Source of the DNA: a virus | Taxonomy: Duplodnaviria; Heunggongvirae; Uroviricota; Caudoviricetes | IMG/VR virus record: IMGVR_UViG_3300028833_002727 | DNA length: 64,000 bases | Strand: one strand, 5' to 3' | Part shown: piece by piece, positions 57,290 through 64,000 of the stretch | How positions within the stretch are numbered: position 1 is the first letter of the stretch | How the letters are laid out: every line of letters starts with the position of its first letter | Position numbers and translations under genes: made by a program | Notes under the pieces: model-generated | The model's input: only the letters and a program-made list of their open reading frames with translations | Database searches by the model: none | Told to the model about the DNA's origin: nothing

Positions 57290-57496
57290 AGTTTAAAACA
57301 AAAAACGGAAAGTGGACGAAGGCTAAAGTGGAACACACCAATCGAACACAATCCGTATATATTTACATATTGTTTACCGTTACGAGTTCCACTTCGTTTC
57401 GGTGGTTATTTTCTAATAATAAATACCTGCAAGTTTCAAAAAACGCTGATATTTTTACTAAAAAATAAAAAAAGTTATTTATTTACCGTGTGTAAT

Positions 57497-60079
57497 TCAT
57501 CCCACGGTTAAAACACATTGGTTTTCTTGCACGTTAATCGTAAATTGTTTTCCTAATGGATAATCCTCTTCGATTAACATATCTGTAAGTTTATTTTCTA
57601 TTTTATCTCGTATCGCTCTGTGTATCGGGCGTGCGCCATATTCTTTTTCATCTGATATTGCATTGAATAATACATCTACAACATCATCAGTATATTTCAA
57701 TTCATAGTGAATACCCTCAACACGCTTTTGTAAGTATCCTAATTCAATCTTAATAATATCCTTCAAGTTATCATCCGTAAGTGGGTTGAAGAAGATAATA
57801 TCATCAAGACGGTTTAAGAATTCTGGTGGGAACTTATTCTTTAATTCCTTTTTCAATACATCTTCTTTTGTTTGTGTATCATCACTACTAAAACCAATGT
57901 TCTTTGTGTTTGCTGCCTTCTTAGCGCCGACATTTGATGTCATAATGATAATCGTATTACGGAAGTCGACTTTATAGCCTGTATTGTCAGTTAAGAAACC
58001 TTCATCAAGGATTTGCAAGAATAGGTTATAAACCTTGTCGTGCGCCTTCTCAAGTTCATCAATCAACAATACACAGTATTTTTTATTCTTGATTGCTTCT
58101 GTTAATAAACCGCCTTCAGTATAACCGACATAGCCAGCACTTGCACCAATAAGTTTATTTACTGACGTTTCATCTGCATATTCTGACATATCGAAACGTA
58201 CAAGGTATTTCTCATCACCAAATATTTCTTTTGCTAATGTCTTAGCAATCAACGTTTTACCACAACCTGTTGGACCAATAGCCATGATGCTTAGTCGGCA
58301 TCTACTACTATCACTTAAACCTATTTTATTACGTTTAATTGCGCGTGAGATAACGTTAATTGCTTCATCTTGTCCAACAACAACATGTTTTAATGTATCA
58401 GAAACATGTTTCAATTCTTCTTTCTCACTACTTGATATTTTACCAATAGGTATATGTGTATGTTCGGAAACAACGTGGTACAAGTCATCCATTGTTATCG
58501 TTTGTGCTCCACGTTTGTTGATGTTGGCTTGTAACTTGGCAAGTTTATCTCTAAATTCGTTAATCTTATTGGTAACGTCATTCGCATCATCCATTTTGTC
58601 TTTCTTGATATATCCATCTTTTACAACTTCTAAATCATGAATCTGTTTCAGTACATCTTTTGCCACAATATTGTCAAGGCAATTTAGTTTTTTATATGAA
58701 CCGAGTTCATCAATAACGTCAAATGCTGATGCGGGTAATTGTTTTTCCGTTATATAGCGGTTACACAAATTAACTGCCGTGTAGATAATTTCTTCAGTAT
58801 ATTTCACGTTATGATATTTCTCGTAACTTTTCTTTGCCTGACAAAGGATGTTGATACATTCATCAACTGACGGCCTATCAATGATAATTTCTTGGAATTT
58901 GTTGGCAATGTCGGGGTTATTATCAACTATTGCTTTGTATTTTTTTGTTGAAGCCGTTGCAATAATTTGTGTGTTACCTTCTCTGAGAAGTTCATTTAAA
59001 ACACCTCCAGCGTCATAATCTGAACTGGTACTTTTACTGCCAAACATCGTATCAATGTCGTCAATAAACAAAATAGCGTTTGGATTAGATTTTAATTGCT
59101 TAACCAAATCAACCATTCTTCCTTCGAGTTGTCCACGTAAACTTGTACCAGCCAAGATTTCTCCTGGGTTTAGTTTTAATATTTCTTTGTTACGGAATTG
59201 CAATGGCGCTGTACCATCGTGTAATGCTTTTGCTAATCCAAGTACACATTGGGTTTTACCTACACCGCTTTCACCTACAAGAATTGCATTATTACATTTC
59301 TTCCTGGCTAACACGTTGTAAATAGTGTTCAACTCTTTTTCTCTACCAATCAATTCATCAATCTTACCTTTTTCACATTCCGCATTTAGGTTGGTACAGA
59401 ACTCAATATTTTTACTATTTTTCTTGGTATTGTTATTTGCCACTTGTTTAATGTTATTTAGTTCCTCTGGTAAATTCTGTAATATCTCTACTAGTTTTTC
59501 TGGTGCGTTGCCGAAAATATGGATAGTACCGTTTTGAGTATCAATTTCCTTATATATTTCCCCATCACTATCATCAATTTTTACCACATCGTTTGATATA
59601 ACATCGTGTACTTGTTTTGATAAATCAAGCATTGTGTTATAGTTAACACCAACATTTCTGAATAGTTTTTTCAATTTACTTTGTGTATCACCAGTACGTA
59701 AAATTGCTAACAAAACGTGATCAGAAGTAATATAATTTGAATTGGTAATATCCTTTATTTCAAGTGCAATATTGAATATCATCAACATGTTTCTATCGAA
59801 ATCAACTTTCCCGCCTATTATACCATCACTCTTTGTTAGTATGTTACCTATTTCATCGTGTATATACGCTATGTCTGATGAGTTAAGGAACGAGTTAAGT
59901 GCCTTGTATAACATACACTCGTTGTTATCCAAAGCAGCATATACGAATACTTCAGGTGTGATTTCGCTAATACTAAAGACAGGTGCAATCTCATCGGTTA
60001 TGTAACTAATCAAGGTAGTCAACTCCTTAGAAAAGAAATTCCACGGATTCAATGTTTGTTTTTTTATCGGTTGTGCCAT
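57497..60079 (-). CDS. clpC: ClpC/ClpA-like AAA+ ATPase
   Basis: Clp-N, GESGVGKT, GPTGCGKT, RFDMSEY, GYVGY, DELEKAH, IGF, YGARP. Confidence 0.9.
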   Translation of the reverse strand: MAQPIKKQTLNPWNFFSKELTTLISYITDEIAPVFSISEITPEVFVYAALDNNECMLYKALNSFLNSSDIAYIHDEIGNILTKSDGIIGGKVDFDRNMLMIFNIALEIKDITNSNYITSDHVLLAILRTGDTQSKLKKLFRNVGVNYNTMLDLSKQVHDVISNDVVKIDDSDGEIYKEIDTQNGTIHIFGNAPEKLVEILQNLPEELNNIKQVANNNTKKNSKNIEFCTNLNAECEKGKIDELIGREKELNTIYNVLARKKCNNAILVGESGVGKTQCVLGLAKALHDGTAPLQFRNKEILKLNPGEILAGTSLRGQLEGRMVDLVKQLKSNPNAILFIDDIDTMFGSKSTSSDYDAGGVLNELLREGNTQIIATASTKKYKAIVDNNPDIANKFQEIIIDRPSVDECINILCQAKKSYEKYHNVKYTEEIIYTAVNLCNRYITEKQLPASAFDVIDELGSYKKLNCLDNIVAKDVLKQIHDLEVVKDGYIKKDKMDDANDVTNKINEFRDKLAKLQANINKRGAQTITMDDLYHVVSEHTHIPIGKISSSEKEELKHVSDTLKHVVVGQDEAINVISRAIKRNKIGLSDSSRCRLSIMAIGPTGCGKTLIAKTLAKEIFGDEKYLVRFDMSEYADETSVNKLIGASAGYVGYTEGGLLTEAIKNKKYCVLLIDELEKAHDKVYNLFLQILDEGFLTDNTGYKVDFRNTIIIMTSNVGAKKAANTKNIGFSSDDTQTKEDVLKKELKNKFPPEFLNRLDDIIFFNPLTDDNLKDIIKIELGYLQKRVEGIHYELKYTDDVVDVLFNAISDEKEYGARPIHRAIRDKIENKLTDMLIEEDYPLGKQFTINVQENQCVLTVG

Positions 60080-60144
60080 TATTTTTACTAATTTCTATTG
60101 ATTTCTTAATAAATATATCTATTTTTTTTAAAAAGGCAAGTATT

Positions 60145-60507
60145 ATGATTATATGTAGAGATTATGACGAAGAAAAACAATTGGATAGAGTTTGGTATGA
60201 TTCATCCAATGTATTTTACTCCGAGTGTGAAGACGGAGATAGCGCAGGAAAGGTTTTGCGCGTAGTATTTAAGAATGGTGCAACATATCAATATAGCGAC
60301 GTTGATGTGAACGACTATGTTATGTTTATTGCTGGCGGTACAGACGGTTCAAACGGTAAGGCTTTGAACGAGTTTGTTAAGAAGAAACATTGCCCATATG
60401 AACGTATCGCTGATAGTGACAAGGAAGCACTAATTAACGAAATGAATGAGATTAAACAGAGACGTAAACAAGCGGCTGATGAAACTACCGAAGAAAATAA
60501 TGAATAA
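60145..60507 (+). CDS. KTSC-domain-like protein
   Basis: YDSSNV...LRVVFKNGATYQYSDV...SNGKALN. Confidence 0.7.
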   Translation: MIICRDYDEEKQLDRVWYDSSNVFYSECEDGDSAGKVLRVVFKNGATYQYSDVDVNDYVMFIAGGTDGSNGKALNEFVKKKHCPYERIADSDKEALINEMNEIKQRRKQAADETTEENNE

Positions 60508-60602
60508 AACACAAATAAACGAGGGAAAATACCTCGTTTTTTGTTTTTAGATAGTATTTATATGTGAATAATAACTATAGTTATAAAAAAATAAATTCGA
60601 TT

Positions 60603-60737
60603 ATGGAAAACATTAACGATCAAATGCAAGAGTTCTTAGTAGAACAACCATTTGGACACAGTGAACAAGAACCTAAAGATTGCACAAAAGAAGCTATTGA
60701 TTTAGGTGCAGTACCAAATGAAGTAGTTATTGTTTAA
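60603..60737 (+). CDS. 44-aa acidic peptide (not in ORF track)
   Basis: MENINDQMQEFLVEQ...; TATTTAT at 60555. Confidence 0.45.
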   Translation: MENINDQMQEFLVEQPFGHSEQEPKDCTKEAIDLGAVPNEVVIV

Positions 60738-60761
60738 TGATAACTAAAAAAAAAGAAGCCA

Positions 60762-61781
60762 CTATTCGTTAGTGGCTTCATTGTTTTCATTATCTTCTTT
60801 ATCTCTTAATTTGTTTAACAATTCCAAATCTTCGGATACATCTAATTCTTCTTTGGCTTTTATTGCAGCCATAGCGTCGAAATCAATCATAGCACCTTCT
60901 CGTGCTTCTTTATTTTCGTATTTTCTTGCCATTTCCTCATTATATACTTCATCAATTTCGTCTTTACCGTTGGTTAATATATCACAGTAGAAACGTAGTA
61001 CATAACTACCATCAAATTTAATAATGTTATCAAACTTGGCATCACCATATTCGAACAGTATCATATCGTCCGCACCATAACAACCAGACGTTTTAAACCA
61101 AATCTTATCAAATTGAACTAAATCAGAACGAACATCACCCTGGTAAATTCTATCAAGTTCGGCTTGTAATAGTTTTGTGATGTTATTGAACTGCTGTCTG
61201 TACTGTGGTACATAGAAATCTACAATGGCGTGTTTGTCGTCAACATTTTTCACAACAACTTTTGTTGTGTAACGTTCAATACGGAAACGTGGGTAATAAT
61301 CACGTTCAACATGTACCGTATATTCGGCGTTAATACCATCTGATGTGTTGTATGATTTTTGTAATTCTTCATCAATAATCACTTCACCACCAACAATATG
61401 AATACCAGTTTGTCCCAAACCTTGAATAACTTGTTTATTTTCTTGCACCAACTTGATTGGGTAGCCGTCTGAGTCTTCAACATTTCCAGTGTAGCCGAAC
61501 ATGTTGTTTCTTTTTTTGGCGTGTCCACCGCCATTATATTCGTATTCATGTGATTTACGTTCAACAAAATACATTTGGTGACGTAATTCCTTTACTTCCT
61601 GGGTAACTTCGCCCTTCAACAAATCTTTATACACACTTTGTTGTTCTTGTTGTTGCTCAATACCACCAATTGGTACTGAGTCATCCCCAGTACCACTTTT
61701 AATCACCTTGTCACCGGAAATCATACCTTGAATTAGGTAGTGAAATCCAATTCTAATCTTATCCCAAAAACTTAATTTCAT
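60762..61781 (-). CDS. hypothetical phage protein
   Basis: 339-aa ORF. Confidence 0.8.
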   Translation of the reverse strand: MKLSFWDKIRIGFHYLIQGMISGDKVIKSGTGDDSVPIGGIEQQQEQQSVYKDLLKGEVTQEVKELRHQMYFVERKSHEYEYNGGGHAKKRNNMFGYTGNVEDSDGYPIKLVQENKQVIQGLGQTGIHIVGGEVIIDEELQKSYNTSDGINAEYTVHVERDYYPRFRIERYTTKVVVKNVDDKHAIVDFYVPQYRQQFNNITKLLQAELDRIYQGDVRSDLVQFDKIWFKTSGCYGADDMILFEYGDAKFDNIIKFDGSYVLRFYCDILTNGKDEIDEVYNEEMARKYENKEAREGAMIDFDAMAAIKAKEELDVSEDLELLNKLRDKEDNENNEATNE

Positions 61782-62011
61782 TCCTCGTTAATTAGCCTTT
61801 TCTCGAACTCATCCATTATTTTTGCTTCGACATTTGTACATTTCATTTGTTTGTGTAATGGTTCTTCAAACAAATTTTTTTCGTTTGTGTTTCTGTAACA
61901 CTCATTCATTTGTGCTGTGTTAGCATAATAGTCTTTTAATGCTTTGTTTGCGTTGTAATATGCTACTAAATCATTCATACTAAGTTTCTCAATGTCTTTT
62001 GCTTCAATCAT
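61778..62011 (-). CDS. hypothetical protein
   Basis: Stop overlaps next start. Confidence 0.6.
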   Translation of the reverse strand: MIEAKDIEKLSMNDLVAYYNANKALKDYYANTAQMNECYRNTNEKNLFEEPLHKQMKCTNVEAKIMDEFEKRLINEE

Positions 62012-62118
62012 AATTTCTTTTGCTTTTATTGTAATATAGTTATTTTTCCCTAAAAATAAATAGATGTTAACAAATTTTTTAGGTATAAGAGTACTATTAA
62101 AATAAAAAAGTGACTTGG

Positions 62119-63213
62119 TTAAGCCACTTTTATGTATTTTTCTACGGTATCTGCTTTCTGTTTTACGTATTCGTCATCTACCGTAACAGTTGTTATTTCG
62201 TCCTTTTCTCTGTTTTCCGCAGCATCAAACATAATATCCGATAGAATAAGTTCGACTATTGTTCTCAACGCTCGTGCGCCAGTTTTCAATTTAAAGGCGA
62301 TACGGGCGATTTCTTTTAATGCGCTATCTGTTATAACCAAGTTAGTTTTATCGAGTTTAAGCAACTCTTGATATTGACGTATAATTGAGTTTTTAGGCTC
62401 AGTCAATATGTTAACCAAATCATCCTCAGTTAATTTCGTTACATGTGAGATAACAGGGAAACGCCCAATAATTTCAGGAATAAAACCGTATTTCTTCAAA
62501 TCTTCTGCTGTTACATAATTCACTAAATCTTCATCCGCAATACGTTCCTTATCAGCAGAAGCGAAACCAATTTGCGCATTACCCATACGCGATTTTACAA
62601 TGTTCTCAATGCCGCTAAATGCGCCAATAGCAATGAATAGAATATTCTTGGTGTCAATATAATCCATACCCATTTCCGGGTGTTTACGTCTCTGATCCAT
62701 TTGTATTCCTACTCTGTCACCTTCAACAATTTTTAGTAATGCTTGTTGTACACTTTCTCCAGATACATCACGCGTAATTGACATACCAGCATCTTTCTTT
62801 GCTATCTTGTCGAACTCGTCAAAAACAATGATACCCATTTCTGCACGTTGAATATCACCACCTGCTTGCCCTACTAAACCATTTAAACAAGTTTCAACAT
62901 CTTCACCGACGTATCCAGCACTTGTACACGCAGTAATATCTTTTATATATAATGGTACATCAAGTAAACGCGCAATAGTACGCACCAAAAGTGTTTTACC
63001 TGAACCAGTGTTACCCAAAAGGATTACATTTGATTTATCAAACTCAACTTCTTTGTTGACAGTAAATAGGTTATTGTAAATTTTCTTATAGTGATTGTAT
63101 ACGGCAAGCGCAAGTGTACGTTTTGCGTGTTCCTGCCCTATTACATACTTGTCTAATTCTTCTACGATTTCTCGCGGCGTCATTAAATTAAACTCTTCCT
63201 CTTTTTTACTCAT
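62119..63213 (-). CDS. clpX: ClpX ATPase lacking the N-terminal Zn-binding domain
   Basis: LDKYVIGQ, AVYNHYK, GNTGSGKT, AGYVGEDVE, ITRDVSGE.VQQALLK, RKHP, IGF, TGARALR. Confidence 0.93.
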   Translation of the reverse strand: MSKKEEEFNLMTPREIVEELDKYVIGQEHAKRTLALAVYNHYKKIYNNLFTVNKEVEFDKSNVILLGNTGSGKTLLVRTIARLLDVPLYIKDITACTSAGYVGEDVETCLNGLVGQAGGDIQRAEMGIIVFDEFDKIAKKDAGMSITRDVSGESVQQALLKIVEGDRVGIQMDQRRKHPEMGMDYIDTKNILFIAIGAFSGIENIVKSRMGNAQIGFASADKERIADEDLVNYVTAEDLKKYGFIPEIIGRFPVISHVTKLTEDDLVNILTEPKNSIIRQYQELLKLDKTNLVITDSALKEIARIAFKLKTGARALRTIVELILSDIMFDAAENREKDEITTVTVDDEYVKQKADTVEKYIKVA

Positions 63214-64000
63214 AATAAACTCCTAAAATTTAACTTTTTTGTATTACTTTGTTTTGTTGTGTTGTTACCAATTACAGTGCTTGTTTTCTTAATGTTTGAA
63301 AGTTGCTTAACTGGTTCTATAATTGGCTTATTATTAAAGTTATCTTCTGTTATTTCTAATTCTCTATTGTAGTTGAGTTTGACACGTAAATCGTCTAACT
63401 CTTTTTTTAGTTTTTTAATATCAAAATATCCGCCAGTTCTATACGTGTAAGGATCCTCTTTCATAAAATTCAGCGTTTTCTTGGCACGAGTATAGGCTAC
63501 ATACATTAAATTGCGTTCAGTTTTCACTTCCCAATCCTTACTTGCATATTTGCTCGGCATTAGCGATGGTTGTAGAATATAAACATTGTCAGCCTCTAAT
63601 CCTTTTGCTTTGTGAATGGTTGATAATTCAACAGCATCTTCCGCTTCACCATTAAAAATTATGTTTATCTTATCTACCAACTCTTGGGTTGATATTAAAC
63701 CTTCAGATAATACCTTTAATGCCTCAATGTTATCGTATATACCAAGAATAGTTGAATGACATAAAGCGTCTTCTTCATCTAATCTTTGTGTAGACATTAT
63801 AGTATCTATCTGTTTAAACAAATATACGTATAAATTTGGAAATAATCCATCATAAGTGACACAGTTTCTATCAATAAGTTTACTTTTTGTGCCAGCGATT
63901 AGTTCCAAATACTCTTTTCGTATATCTTTAAAACCTCGTATGTATGCTTTTTTGTTTATGCGCAGGTATTTCAAAAATTGTTCGATTAGCGGCGCAGTGT
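63210..64000 (-). CDS. UvrD/Rep superfamily 1 helicase, C-terminal part (5' end outside window)
   Basis: STIHKAKGLE, ERNLMYVAYTRAK; frame open to window edge. Confidence 0.88.
   Translation of the reverse strand, partial: TAPLIEQFLKYLRINKKAYIRGFKDIRKEYLELIAGTKSKLIDRNCVTYDGLFPNLYVYLFKQIDTIMSTQRLDEEDALCHSTILGIYDNIEALKVLSEGLISTQELVDKINIIFNGEAEDAVELSTIHKAKGLEADNVYILQPSLMPSKYASKDWEVKTERNLMYVAYTRAKKTLNFMKEDPYTYRTGGYFDIKKLKKELDDLRVKLNYNRELEITEDNFNNKPIIEPVKQLSNIKKTSTVIGNNTTKQSNTKKLNFRSLL

Noticed and set aside
1-64000. TAG-to-Gln recoding as in Lak or some crAss-like phages
   Set aside because: Long genes (clpC, pncB, 704-aa protein) are intact in code 11, and TAG stops at 24779, 25677 and 60762 are followed by terminators; the in-frame TAG junction at 1745 is likely chance
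1-64000. tRNA or rRNA genes
   Set aside because: No cloverleaf or rRNA-like sequence recognised by eye; tRNAscan-SE not run

Overview
This window looks like part of a very large lytic phage genome infecting Bacteroidota (standard genetic code). The evidence is about 29 host-type TTTG...TAnnTTTG promoters, dense small ORFans, and ClpX, ClpC, PncB, RNA ligase, UvrD and TnpB genes. It has three zones. (1) 1-26.5 kb is a co-oriented minus-strand block of about 65 small genes in about 24 short transcription units. Fifteen units carry a 24-bp palindrome (TTTTGYWAA-N6-TTTACAAAA-like) centred 45 bp from the promoter -33 box (exceptions 34 and 55). Ten of these also have a mirror-image promoter-like box 35 or 45 bp (one 46) on the other side. 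A second 18-bp motif (GGTACTCAATCGAGGACA) occurs 8 times at gene 3' ends. (2) 26.5-29.2 kb is a mostly non-coding switch region with C-rich runs, palindromes and A-tracts, interrupted by a GIY-YIG endonuclease gene; it may be a genome end or origin. (3) 29.2-64 kb holds metabolic and host-manipulation genes interleaved with seven genes that share an N-terminal 'LxESQLRxIIxE..LNE'-like leader, five of them directly behind a TATTTAT box. Their cargo includes four ADP-ribosyltransferase-like domains, a polyvalent-protein InPase domain and a Gp88-like domain. The two best candidates for an undescribed system are the helically phased promoter/palindrome/mirror-box cassette array and the leader-tagged, probably virion-delivered effector set. 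All family assignments come from motif recognition by eye, not database searches, and coordinates were counted by hand.
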